Assembly: GCA_947623865.1 (NCBI GenBank)
Contig: CANQIC010000002.1
Location: 21,041-85,040, forward strand
Reading direction: 5' to 3'
DNA from: an uncultured Clostridia bacterium
GTDB lineage: Bacteria; Bacillota; Clostridia; TANB77; CAG-508
Length of the DNA: 64,000 bases
The position numbers and the translations under genes were made by a program. Shown one piece after another: positions 11,391-22,900 of the stretch (position 1 is the first letter of the stretch; every line of letters begins with the position of its first letter). The notes under the pieces were generated by a model that ran no database searches, had not been told where the DNA came from, and saw nothing but the letters and a program-made list of their open reading frames with translations.

Positions 11391-12566
11391 ATGGAGGATA
11401 ATATGAAAGAAAAAATGAAATCAAAATTTGAAGAATTATTTGGAGATTATGGGGATATTAGGGTATATTTTGCACCTGGAAGAGTGAATTTGATAGGTGA
11501 GCATACAGATTATAATGGTGGACATGTTTTTCCATGTGCACTTACAATGGGTACATATGCAGTTGCAAGAAAAAGAAATGACAATAAGTTAAGATTATAT
11601 TCAATGAACTTTGAAAAATTAGGAATTTTAGAAAGTAGTATAGAAGATTTGAAATATAAAAAAGAGGAGAAATGGATTAACTATCCTAAATCTATGATTT
11701 GGGCATTAAAAAGTGAAGAATATAATGTAGATAAAGGATTTGATATATTATATTATGGTAATATACCAAATGGTGCAGGACTTTCTTCATCAGCATCAAT
11801 AGAAGTATTAACAGGATTTGTATTAAAAGATTTATTTAATTTAGATATAGATATGGTAAAACTTGCTTTGCTTGGACAAAAGGCAGAGAACCAATATGTA
11901 GGTGTAAATTGTGGAATAATGGATCAATTCATAATAGCAAATGGAAAAAAGGATTGTGCAATATTTTTAGATACAGCAAATTTAGAATTTGAATATGCAC
12001 CAGTTAAATTAAAAAATGAAAAAATAGTAATAATGAACACAAACAAAAAGAGAGGACTTGGAGATTCTAAATACAACGAAAGAAGAGCAGAATGTGAAAA
12101 AGCGTTAGAAGAATTACAACAAGAACTAAATATAAAAACACTTGGAGAACTTTCTGAGGAAGAATTTGAAAAAAATAAACATCTAATTAAAGATAAAAAT
12201 AGAAAAAAAAGAGCAAAACACGCAGTATACGAAAACCAAAGAACAATAAAGGCAGTAAAAGCTCTTCAAGAAAATAAAATAGATTTACTAGGCAAATTAA
12301 TGATAGAATCACACAACTCACTAAGAGACGATTACGAAGTAACAGGAAAAGAATTAGATACATTAGTAGAAGAAAGCTTAAAGCAAGATGGAGTAGTTGG
12401 AGCAAGAATGACAGGAGCAGGATTTGGAGGATGTGCAGTAAGTATAGTAAAAAACGATAAAGTGGAGAAATTTATAGAAAATGTAGGCAAAGCCTACAAA
12501 GAAAAAATTGGTTATAATGCAGACTTTTATGTTGTAGAAATAGGAGATGGACCTAGAATAATTTAA
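11391..12566 (+). CDS. galK: galactokinase
   Basis: GHMP kinase; APGRVNLIGEHTDYNGG galactokinase signature and PNGAGLSSSAS motif. Confidence 0.85.
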   Translation: MEDNMKEKMKSKFEELFGDYGDIRVYFAPGRVNLIGEHTDYNGGHVFPCALTMGTYAVARKRNDNKLRLYSMNFEKLGILESSIEDLKYKKEEKWINYPKSMIWALKSEEYNVDKGFDILYYGNIPNGAGLSSSASIEVLTGFVLKDLFNLDIDMVKLALLGQKAENQYVGVNCGIMDQFIIANGKKDCAIFLDTANLEFEYAPVKLKNEKIVIMNTNKKRGLGDSKYNERRAECEKALEELQQELNIKTLGELSEEEFEKNKHLIKDKNRKKRAKHAVYENQRTIKAVKALQENKIDLLGKLMIESHNSLRDDYEVTGKELDTLVEESLKQDGVVGARMTGAGFGGCAVSIVKNDKVEKFIENVGKAYKEKIGYNADFYVVEIGDGPRII

Positions 12567-12591
12567 TAATATAACTAAGTTAGGGGTAAAG

Positions 12592-13386
12592 ATGAGTATT
12601 ATAGGAATTGATATAGGAAGTTCAACAACAAAGATAGTAGAATATGAAAATGGTAAAGTTCTAAATAAAGCCATTTCAGAAAATAAGAATTATGAATTTG
12701 TACTTTCAAATTTTATAAACCAAAATAATATAAAAGAAATAGATAAAATAGTTGTAACAGGAATAAATGCTAAAAAAATTAACCTAGAAAAATATAATGT
12801 ACCAGTTAATATAGTTGAAGAATTTATAGCAATAGGTACAGGTGGACTTTATTTAAGTAAAAAGAAAAAAGCTATTATTGCAAGTGTTGGTACAGGTACT
12901 GCATTAATTAGAGCCGAGAACGGAAAAGAATTTAAACATTTAGGAGGAACAGGAGTAGGAGCAGGAACCTTAACTAATCTTTGTAATAGATTTGTATACG
13001 CAAAATCTTTTGATGAAATAATTGAATTATCAAAAAAAGGTAATTTGAGCAATATAGATTTAAGAATTGCAGATTTAACAGATGAAAATATAAAAACATT
13101 GCCACCTGAACTTACTCTTGCAAACTTTGGAAAATTAAAAGAAGATGCAAGTAAAGCTGATATAGTAACAGGACTAGTAAATATGGTATTTGAAGTAATA
13201 GGAATGATGACAGCATTTGCAAGTATAAATGATAGTATAAAAGATGTAGTTCTAATAGGAAATATTGCAAGTATACCTGTTGTAAAAGATATTGTAAAAA
13301 AGATAGAAAAAACGCATGGAATTAATTTTATAATACCAGAAAATCCACAATATGCAGTTGTAATTGGTGCGATAGAAAGTTTGTAA
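12592..13386 (+). CDS. ASKHA-fold kinase, type II pantothenate-kinase-like
   Basis: IGIDIGSSTTK phosphate-1 motif; GGTGVGAGT phosphate-2 motif. Confidence 0.45.
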   Translation: MSIIGIDIGSSTTKIVEYENGKVLNKAISENKNYEFVLSNFINQNNIKEIDKIVVTGINAKKINLEKYNVPVNIVEEFIAIGTGGLYLSKKKKAIIASVGTGTALIRAENGKEFKHLGGTGVGAGTLTNLCNRFVYAKSFDEIIELSKKGNLSNIDLRIADLTDENIKTLPPELTLANFGKLKEDASKADIVTGLVNMVFEVIGMMTAFASINDSIKDVVLIGNIASIPVVKDIVKKIEKTHGINFIIPENPQYAVVIGAIESL

Positions 13387-13504
13387 TATAAAATTTATAA
13401 TATTTAACATTGACAAACTTATACTTTTAATAGATAATTAATATGTTGAATTGAAATATGAACATAAGAAGAAATTTAAAGTTACAAAGGAGGTACATGA
13501 ATAA

Positions 13505-16069
13505 ATGTACATATTTAATAAAATTACAGTAAACCCACAATTACCTAAAAAAATAGAAAAATTATCTGAAATATCAAATAATTTATGGTGGTCTTGGAAT
13601 ACAGAATTTTTAAAATTATTTAAGAAAATTGATATAGATTTATGGGAGAAAATAGGAAAAAATCCTGTAAAATTTTTAAAACAAGTTGATCAAGAAAAAC
13701 TAGAAAATGTAGCAGAAGATTCTGAATTTTTAAAAGAATATAATAAAAATATAGAGAATTTTGAAGGATATATAAATAGTAAAAATACTTGGTTTAATAA
13801 AACATATCCTGAAAATAAAAATGATTTAATTGCATATTTTTCAGCAGAATATGGATTAGATGAAATACTTCCAATATATTCTGGTGGACTTGGTATTCTT
13901 TCAGGAGATCATTTGAAATCTTCAAGTGATTTAGGACTTCCACTAGTTGCAGTAGGACTATTATATAAAAATGGATATTTCCATCAAAAAATAAATAATG
14001 TTGGTATGCAAGAGACAGAATACCATAATATAGATTTAAATAATCTACCAATAATTCCTGTAAAAAAAGAGACAGGAGAAGATTTAATAATATCTATTAA
14101 AATGCCTAATTCTAAAGTATATCTAAAAGTTTGGAAAATATCAGTAGGTAGAATTAATTTATATTTATTAGATTCTGATATTGAAGAGAATTCAGAAGAA
14201 TACAGAGGGATAACACTAAGACTTTATGGTGGAGACCAAGAAATGAGAATTCAGCAAGAAATTGTTTTAGGAATTGGTGGTGTTATTTTATTAAAGGAAT
14301 TAGGACTTGTTCCAACTGTTTATCATATGAATGAAGGACATTCATCCTTTTTAGTATTAGAATTAATAAAAAATGTAATGCAAGATAAAAAAGTTTCCTT
14401 CAATATAGCTAGAGATATAGTTACATCAAAAACTGTATTTACAACACACACACCAGTGCCAGCAGGAAATGATATATTCCCAACAACATTAGTGGAAAAA
14501 TATTTTAAAGATTTTTGGAAAAAACTTGGCCTTTCTAAAGAGGAATTTTTAGAGCTAGGAATGAAACCAAAAGAAGAAAACAAAACTACATTTAATATGG
14601 GAATATTAGCTTTAAAAATAGCAGGAAAGAAAAATGGAGTAAGTAAACTACATGGAGCAGTTTCAAGAGAATTATTTGGTGATGTATGGCCAGAAATTAC
14701 ACCAAATGAATCTCCAATCACATATGTAACAAATGGAGTGCATACTTGTACATGGCTTGCACCAACTTTAAAAGAGTTATATAACAAATATTTAACACCA
14801 TTTTGGCAAGATAAAATACATTTAAATGAAACATGGGAAAAGATAAACAACATTCCAGATAAAGAATTATGGAATGATCATCAACTAAGAAAACAAAAAT
14901 TATTGAGTTTAGTAAAACAAAATGTAACAGACAGACTAAGAAGAAATGGAATGCATTATGATGAAATTAAAGAAATTACATCAAAATTGAATCCAAATGC
15001 ATTAACAATAGGATTTGCAAGAAGATTTGCTACATACAAAAGAGCAACATTAATATTTAAGGATTTAGAAAGAATAACACAAATATTAAATGATGAATCA
15101 AGACCAGTACAGTTAATATTTGCGGGAAAGGCACATCCTAAAGATGTAGAAGGTCAAAATCTAATAAAAAGAATACATGAAATATCGATGATGCCACAAT
15201 TCAAAGGAAAAATATTCTTACTTGAGGGATATGATATGACTATGGCAAGGCATCTAATATCAGGAGTAGATGTATGGCTTAATAATCCAAGAAGACCAAT
15301 GGAAGCATCTGGAACGAGTGGAGAAAAAGCATCTGTAAATGGTGTTGTAAATTTTAGTATTTTAGATGGATGGTGGGCAGAAGGATACAATCAAAAAAAC
15401 GGTTGGGCAATTGGAACAAATGCAGAATATTATTCTTATGAAGAACAAGATAATGCAGATAGTGATAGTATATATAGCATATTAGAAAATAAAATTATAC
15501 CAGCATATTACAATAAAAAAGATGAAATTTCTGAAGAATGGATTAGATACATGAAAAACTCTATAATTTCAACGGGTGGAAATTACAGCATGGCAAGAAT
15601 GATTACAGATTATACTAGCAAATTATACATTCCTCTATGTAATTTAACTAATAAATATTTTAATAATTTGGAATTAGTTACTGAATATAATAAAATAAAA
15701 AATGATTTATATTCAAATTGGAATGATATTCAAATCACTCAAAACAATAATCTTGATAACATTTCAATGGATGCTGGAAAAAACATAGAAGTATCTTGTA
15801 ATGTAAAATTACCTAATATAAAAGCAGAAAATATTGAAGCACAGGTATACTATGGAAAAATACTTGATAATGGAACAATTGAAAATATAAGTATAATTCC
15901 AATGAATCTAGTTAACAGCAATAATGATGAAAAAGTATATACATATAATGCAAAAATAGAATTAAAAACAGGTGGAAATTATGGTTACACGTTTAGGGTA
16001 ATGCCTAAACATGAAATGCTATTAGATAGTGCTAACTTAAATTTAATAAAATGGATAACCAATAGATAG
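13505..16069 (+). CDS. glgP: alpha-glucan (glycogen/maltodextrin) phosphorylase, GT35
   Basis: 854 aa; EASGTSGEKASVNG pyridoxal-phosphate lysine region. Confidence 0.85.
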   Translation: MYIFNKITVNPQLPKKIEKLSEISNNLWWSWNTEFLKLFKKIDIDLWEKIGKNPVKFLKQVDQEKLENVAEDSEFLKEYNKNIENFEGYINSKNTWFNKTYPENKNDLIAYFSAEYGLDEILPIYSGGLGILSGDHLKSSSDLGLPLVAVGLLYKNGYFHQKINNVGMQETEYHNIDLNNLPIIPVKKETGEDLIISIKMPNSKVYLKVWKISVGRINLYLLDSDIEENSEEYRGITLRLYGGDQEMRIQQEIVLGIGGVILLKELGLVPTVYHMNEGHSSFLVLELIKNVMQDKKVSFNIARDIVTSKTVFTTHTPVPAGNDIFPTTLVEKYFKDFWKKLGLSKEEFLELGMKPKEENKTTFNMGILALKIAGKKNGVSKLHGAVSRELFGDVWPEITPNESPITYVTNGVHTCTWLAPTLKELYNKYLTPFWQDKIHLNETWEKINNIPDKELWNDHQLRKQKLLSLVKQNVTDRLRRNGMHYDEIKEITSKLNPNALTIGFARRFATYKRATLIFKDLERITQILNDESRPVQLIFAGKAHPKDVEGQNLIKRIHEISMMPQFKGKIFLLEGYDMTMARHLISGVDVWLNNPRRPMEASGTSGEKASVNGVVNFSILDGWWAEGYNQKNGWAIGTNAEYYSYEEQDNADSDSIYSILENKIIPAYYNKKDEISEEWIRYMKNSIISTGGNYSMARMITDYTSKLYIPLCNLTNKYFNNLELVTEYNKIKNDLYSNWNDIQITQNNNLDNISMDAGKNIEVSCNVKLPNIKAENIEAQVYYGKILDNGTIENISIIPMNLVNSNNDEKVYTYNAKIELKTGGNYGYTFRVMPKHEMLLDSANLNLIKWITNR

Positions 16070-16075
16070 CATAAA

Positions 16076-16131
16076 TAAATCTCCTTATTAATATATTATT
16101 TATATATTTATAGAAAGGAGATTTTTATTTT
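16076..16131 (+). terminator. terminator after glgP
   Basis: 10-bp perfect inverted repeat aaatctcctt/aaggagattt followed by TTTTATTTT. Confidence 0.6.
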
Positions 16132-16732
16132 GAAAAAAAGATTTTTTTTAATAATTTTTACTTTAACACTAGTTATTTTTACAGGAAATATTTTTGCAAC
16201 GAGTGCAGGTCCTAAAAGTAACAACTATAACTTTGATGTAGAATATACTGGCGATGTAGTTGCAGGGGAAGCAAAAAATGCTACTGTTATATTAGAAGGA
16301 ACAGATGCTACTCCTTATACAAATGTAAGAATAAAAGTTGAACTTGTTTCTGGACCGGCAACACCTACAATTATTGCTTATGATAGTAATGGTACAGGAT
16401 ATAATGTTCTTGATATTGGATATTGGGGACCAGATGAAGGGTTTGCAGTAGGAAATACTTTTAGAAATGAAACACCGGTTGTTGCTACATATCCAGAAGC
16501 CGGAACATATGTTACTAGATTGAGTCTTATCAATAAAAGTGAAGATGATGCAGTAATTACTTCTAAAGAATTTACAACAACTGTTCTTGAAGCACCAGCA
16601 ATTGATAATAATGTTGTTAATAATACAGTTGAAGAAATTCCACAAACAGGAGTTAGCATTTGGACATATCTAGTAACAATAGTTATAGCAATTGGGTTAA
16701 TATATGGAGCGAATAAGATTTTAAGAAAATAA
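16130..16732 (+). CDS. sortase-anchored surface protein (PQTG sorting signal)
   Basis: signal peptide; C-terminal EIPQTG, then hydrophobic segment, then KILRK tail. Confidence 0.55.
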   Translation: MKKRFFLIIFTLTLVIFTGNIFATSAGPKSNNYNFDVEYTGDVVAGEAKNATVILEGTDATPYTNVRIKVELVSGPATPTIIAYDSNGTGYNVLDIGYWGPDEGFAVGNTFRNETPVVATYPEAGTYVTRLSLINKSEDDAVITSKEFTTTVLEAPAIDNNVVNNTVEEIPQTGVSIWTYLVTIVIAIGLIYGANKILRK

Positions 16733-16817
16733 TTTTTTAGTCACCATTTGTAATTGTTTTTCATATTATATATGAGATTGAGATTGTTTAAGTTCATATA
16801 TAATTAAAAAAGTAAAG

Positions 16818-17471
16818 GTGATTAAATTGAAGAGTAGAATAATAGTGATTGATAATATAAAAATTATATCTATATTGTTAATTACTATTATTTTTATTAC
16901 TTTTATAGTAATAAAAATAATTAATAATAATGATATAGAAGAAATACAAAGTAATGATATACAACAGAAAGACTTAAAGATAGAAAATAAATATAATGAA
17001 ATTAATGTTATAAAAACAAATACCGAAACAAATAATAATGATGAAAATAAAATAGATTTTCCTACAGAATTAGAAGGAATTGAAGTTATAGGAAAAGTAG
17101 AAATACCTAAAATTAATTTAGTTACATATATATTAGCAGAAACTAGTAAAGAAACACTTAATAAATCAGTTACTAAATTATGTGGGCCAAAAGTGAATGG
17201 ATTAGGAAATTTATGTATAACAGGACATAACTACAATAATAAAAATATGTTTAAAGATTTAAAAGAACTAGATATAGGAGATAATATATTTATTACAGAT
17301 ACAAAGGGTAATAAAATAGAGTATTTAGTATATGATAAATATAAAGTTTATCCTAAAGAAACTGAATGTTTATCTCAGGAAACAGAAGGTGAAAGAGAAA
17401 TAACATTAATAACTTGTACATCAGGGGCTATAAAAAGATTAATAGTAAAAGCAACAGAATTTTATGATTAG
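16818..17471 (+). CDS. sortase (class B-like transpeptidase)
   Basis: N-terminal TM; catalytic TLITC motif; adjacent to substrate gene. Confidence 0.7.
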   Translation: MIKLKSRIIVIDNIKIISILLITIIFITFIVIKIINNNDIEEIQSNDIQQKDLKIENKYNEINVIKTNTETNNNDENKIDFPTELEGIEVIGKVEIPKINLVTYILAETSKETLNKSVTKLCGPKVNGLGNLCITGHNYNNKNMFKDLKELDIGDNIFITDTKGNKIEYLVYDKYKVYPKETECLSQETEGEREITLITCTSGAIKRLIVKATEFYD

Positions 17472-17544
17472 TATTGCAAAATAAAATATAAACAATATAT
17501 AATATAAAAGTATTTAATATTATAGATTAGGAAAAGGAGTAAAT

Positions 17545-18985
17545 ATGAGAAAAACTAAAATAGTATGTACTTTAGGACCAGCTACAGATGATCCCAAAGT
17601 ACTAAAAGAATTAATGAAAGCAGGTATGAATGTTGGAAGAATTAATTTTTCACATGGGAACTATAAAGATCAAGCAGGAAGAATCAATTTATTTAAATCA
17701 GTAAGAGATGAATTAGGTTTACCTATTCCACTTTTGCTGGATACACAAGGACCTGAGATAAGAATTGGAAAATTTAAAGAGTCAAAAGTATTGTTAAAAG
17801 AAGGAAAGACATTTACTTTATTAAATGAAGATGAATTAGGCGATGAAACAAAAGTATCTATAACATATAAAGATTTATATAAAGATGTAGAAAAAGGAAA
17901 AACAATCTTAATAAATGATGGAACAATAGAGCTAAAAGTAAAAGAAATAAAAGGTAAAGATATTGTTTGTGAGATTATACAAGGGGGATATCTAACAAAC
18001 AGAAAAAGTATAAATGTTCCAGATTTAATTTTAAATTTACCAAGTATAACTGACAAAGATATAGATGATATTAAATATGGTATAGCAGCAGGATTTGATT
18101 ATATTGCAGCATCTTTTGTTAGAAAACCACAAGATGTTTTAGCAATAAAAGAAGTTTTAAAAGAAAATGGTGGAGAAGATATAAAGGTTATATCTAAAAT
18201 TGAAAATAGAGAAGGAATAAATAATTTTGACGAAATTCTAGATGTATCAGATGGTATTATGGTAGCAAGAGGAGATTTGGGTGTTGAAATTCCAATGGAG
18301 GAGGTTCCAATATATCAAAAACAATTTATTAAAAAGACATATGCACAAGGAAAGCCAGTAATTACAGCGACTCAAATGTTAGAATCAATGATAACTAACT
18401 CAAAACCAACAAGGGCAGAGGTAAGTGATATAGCAAATGCAATATACGATGGTAGTAGTGCAATAATGCTTTCTCGGAGAAACTGCAACAGGGGAATATC
18501 CAGTAGAATGCGTAAAAGTAATGAATAAAGTTGCAATTGCAATAGAGAAATCTTTAAAGTACTGGAAGAGATTTAAAAATAGAAATTATAAATTAGAAAA
18601 ATTTGATTATAATTTCAATATGAATTATTCAGTATGTATGTCTGCTGCAAATATTAAAGCAAAAGCAATAGTTGCATATACAAACACAGGTAGTACATCA
18701 AGAACTGTATCTAGTTTTGGACCAGAGTGTCCAATATTTGCAATAACAGAAAATGAAAGAACATATAGACAACAGGGATTATGTTGGAATATAATACCTA
18801 AACTATTCCCGCACCAAGATACTATAGATAAACTAGTTTATTTAGGTATAGACACTTTAAAAAAAGAAGGATTTTTAGAAAAAGGTGATACAGTTGTGAT
18901 AGCAGGAGGAGCAAAAGCAGTTTCTGATTTGTCAATAGATGAAGCAAGTATAAATAATTCAATGGGGGGAATTGTTAAAATATAA
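17545..18985 (+). CDS. pyk: pyruvate kinase; frame broken by extra C at 18475
   Basis: ORFs 17545-18528 and 18521-18985. Deleting C in tctCggaga restores ...[32 protein letters not shown]..., which matches the conserved PK motif. Confidence 0.85.
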
Positions 18986-19008
18986 AATAAATATTAATAG
19001 TAGATATA

Positions 19009-19043
19009 GATAGTTCAACGATAAATTGAGCTATCTTTTTTTA
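19009..19043 (+). terminator. terminator after pyk
   Basis: gatagttcaa..ttgagctatc followed by TTTTTTTA. Confidence 0.55.
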
Positions 19044-19144
19044 TTGAATAGAAAAGTTCGAATTTACCTATTCGATAAATAGGTAACATTTTGGAGATAT
19101 TATCATAAAATGTAGTATATACGAAAAAAAAGGAGGAAAATTTA

Positions 19145-19516
19145 ATGTATAGAAATTATATGCAAAGAAGATCTTGTTCTTCATGTAATTGCTCATCTAA
19201 TAATAATTCATGTAATAAAAAAGATGAAGATATTATAGATGATACTTGCGAATGCGTACAAAGCGTAATGGATACTAGTGATTCGTGTGAATGTGGATTT
19301 GATGAAGAAGATAAATTGTTTCCTAGTAATCCTATGTTTGCTCAAAGCTATGTGCCATGGCAAACAATGGATAAAACATTTACTCCATGTGTAGGATTAA
19401 AAATGGGAACAATATTCCCAGAGTTAGTTAGTCCATATATGCCTGGACAATCGATGGAAGAAATTGAATATATTAGAAATGCAAATAAAATAGGAAAGGG
19501 GTGTAACAAATGTTAG
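19145..19516 (+). CDS. cotJA: spore coat associated protein CotJA-like
   Basis: Cys-rich N-terminus, then AQSYVPWQ...GTIFPELVSPY, which is the CotJA signature. Confidence 0.65.
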   Translation: MYRNYMQRRSCSSCNCSSNNNSCNKKDEDIIDDTCECVQSVMDTSDSCECGFDEEDKLFPSNPMFAQSYVPWQTMDKTFTPCVGLKMGTIFPELVSPYMPGQSMEEIEYIRNANKIGKGCNKC

Positions 19517-19848
19517 ACAATGATAAATGTGAATGTATGGAACGTAAACACAAAAATTCAAACAATGATAATTCATGTCCTAGAGATATGAGAAGACAAG
19601 AAATGATTGATCAAATAAAAAGTTTAGATTTTGCTATTATCGAACTTGGTCTATATTTGGATACACATCCTGAAGACCAAAGGGCATTATGCATGCATAG
19701 AGAATATTGCAAACAAGTAAAAGAATTAAAAGACAAATATCAAAAAATGTATGGACCACTTACTATATTCTATCCATGCAATAAATGGAGATGGTTAGAA
19801 GAGCCATGGGCTACGTTCAAAATGGAGGTAAAAATGATGATAGATTAA
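19510..19848 (+). CDS. cotJB: spore coat protein CotJB
   Basis: LDFAIIELGLYLDTHPEDQRAL...YGPLT matches the CotJB family core. Confidence 0.8.
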   Translation: MLDNDKCECMERKHKNSNNDNSCPRDMRRQEMIDQIKSLDFAIIELGLYLDTHPEDQRALCMHREYCKQVKELKDKYQKMYGPLTIFYPCNKWRWLEEPWATFKMEVKMMID

Positions 19849-19984
19849 AATTTGCAGAGAGATTGCTCTATGGAGAAATAACTGCGTTAATTGAAAAAAA
19901 TGAAAAGGCATATTAAATTTTAAAAAATATGTCTTTTTTTAGCGTTTTATGTAGAAACTTTATTCTTGCAAAAAAAACAGGTAA

Positions 19985-22900
19985 ATGATAGAATTAAAAA
20001 AAATATATTATAAGGAGAAAGATTTGGAAAAAGAATTGTATTGTATTACAGATGCACAAAAAACAATATGGAATACGGAAAAGTTTTATAAAGATAATCC
20101 TATAGTAAATATTTCTGGTACTTGTACAATTAATTGCAAAGTGAATTTTGAGTTATTAGAAAAAGCAATTAATCAAGTGGTGATGAATAATGATGCTCTT
20201 AGAACAAAAATAACAATAAAAAATGGAGAACCAGTGCAATATTTTGAGGATTATAATAAATTTAAAGTTAAAACTTATAATGTATTAAATGAAAAAGATC
20301 TTGAGCAATTAATAAAAAAGAATTTAAATAAACCATTATCATATAAAGAAGATAGTATGGTTAAGTTTATTATGTTTAAATTTCCAGATGGCACAGGAGG
20401 GGTAAATATAGTTATTAATCATATGATTTCAGATGCATGGTCTGCTATTTTAATATCAAGTGAGGTAGCAGGAACTTATGATAAACTTCTAAATAATGAA
20501 AAAGATACGGACAATATAGAAAGCTCATATATAAACTATATTGAATCTGAAAAAGAGTATAAGAATAGTGAAAAGTATAAAAAAGATAAGCTGTTTTGGG
20601 AGAGATATTTATCAGATTTACCAGAAGAAGTTGCTTCACTAAAACAAAAAGAGGAGATAAATACTTTAGATACTAAAGCAGAAAGAAAAGAAATATTAAT
20701 AAATAAATCAAATGCCGAAAAAATAAATAAGTATTGTAAGGATAATAAAATATCACAATATGTTTTCTTTTTAGGAATATATGCAATTTATTTATCAAAA
20801 TTTACATCTAATAAAAATATTATAATTAATACACCTATATTAAACAGAAAAAATATTAAAGAAAAAAATACAATAGGGATGTTTGTAAATTCATTACCTT
20901 TAAAAATAAATATAGATAGTAAAAAGACAATTCAAGAATTTTTTAATAAAATAGCACAGGACTCTTTGTCAATTTTTAGACATCAAAGATACTCTATATT
21001 TGAAATTTTAAATTATGTAAGAGAAAAGAATAAAAATAATTCAAGTATTTATGATATGGTATTTTCATACCAAAATGCAGTAAGTAAACCAACAACAAAT
21101 AATTTATCATATACATCAAAATGGTATTTTAATGGAAATATTACAGAAACAATGAATATACATGTTTCTGACTTGAATTTAAGTGGCGAATTTTATATTT
21201 ATTACGATTATAAAATTAGTCAACTATCTGATAAGGATATAATTAGAATGCACGAGAGAATTCTAAATATAATAGATCAAATTTTAGAAAACAATGATAA
21301 CAAATTAGAAGAAATAAGCATTTTAAGTAATAATGATATAAAGGAATTAAAGGAGTTAAACAATACAGGTAATATAGAGAAAAACGATAAAACTGTAAAC
21401 ACAATAATTGATGAAATATGCAAAGAATATAGTAATAATATTGCTATGAAATGTAAAAACGTAGAAATAACCTACAAAGTATTTTATGATAAAGTTAATT
21501 CATTGGCAGCATTTTTAAGAAAAAAGGGTGTAAAGCAAAATGTGCCTGTTGCAATTATGCTTGATAAAAGTATAGAGATGATAGTTGCAATGTTTGGAAT
21601 TATAAGAGCAGGTGGTTATTATATTCCAATATTACCAGATGAAGAACAAAAAAGAATAGATTATATAATATCAGATAGCAAACCAGTTTGTATTATAACA
21701 CAAAATAATTATAAATATAAAATAAAAGATGTTGAAATTATAGATATTTTTAATGAGCAATTTGCTCAGGAAAATGTAAAATCAATTAATAGACCAAATG
21801 ATGCTTTATATATGATTTATACTTCTGGGTCAACAGGAAATCCAAAAGGTACACAAGTAATGCACAAAAATGTTTGTGGGTTAATTGAGTCAATGAAATC
21901 AGATAAAACTTTAATACCAACAAGTAATGATATTTCTATGTCATTATTAAAATATTCATTTGATGCAAGCGGTATAGATATATATTCTTCTATACTTTCT
22001 GGGGGAAAATTATTATTAATAGATAAGGAAAACGAATTAAATCCACAAATAATAGTAAAAATAATGGAAAAAGAAAAAGTTACTAGAAGTTTTTTAATTC
22101 CTAAATGGGTTGAACAAATTGCTATAGAAGATCAAAGACAAGAAACAGATTTAAGCATGCTTAAAATACTAGGAACTGGAGGAGAAACTTTAAAACCTAA
22201 TACAGTTGAACACCTATTTACAAAATATCCAAAGCTAAAAATTTTAAATCTATATGGACCAACAGAAACAACAATGTTTACAACATATAAGGTACAAAGC
22301 GAAAATGAGTTTAAAGAAAATAACACATCAATAGGAAAGCCTATAAAACTTTCTAGATGTTTAATTTTAAACGAAGAAAATAATATATTACCACCAAAAG
22401 CAAAAGGTGAGCTTGTAATTTATGAAGATGACAGTTCTATAAAAAATATATCTAAAGGGTACTGGAATTTAGAAGAAGAAACTAAAAAAAGATTTATTAA
22501 TATATATAATCCAATAGTAGAAAAGAATGTTAGGATATATAAAACAGGAGATATAGTTAAATTAAACGAAAAATTAGATATAGAATACATTGGCAGAACT
22601 GATGATATGGTAAAAGTAAATGGTAGCTATTTAGTTGCTCTAAATGAAATTGAAAACATTATATATAGAATAATAAACAAACAAAATAGGGTATCGGTAG
22701 TAGCTGTTCCTCAAAATAATACAAAAATAATAGTAGCCTTTATAGAAGGAATAAAAAAGGAAGAGGTAAAGGGAATAGAAAAATATATAAATAAAAATAT
22801 TACTTTTTATATGAGACCCAAAAAAGTATTTGCTAAAGACGCTTTTCCAATAAATAATTCTGGCAAAATTGATAAAAAACTTCTTAAAGGAATTGCTATA

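Noticed and set aside
19849-19920. Short frame after cotJB (KFAERLLYGEITALIEKNEKAY) as a cotJC 3' remnant
   Set aside because: The similarity to the Mn-catalase RFGEAL region is too short and weak to call. Mentioned only as a hint in the element-1 finding.
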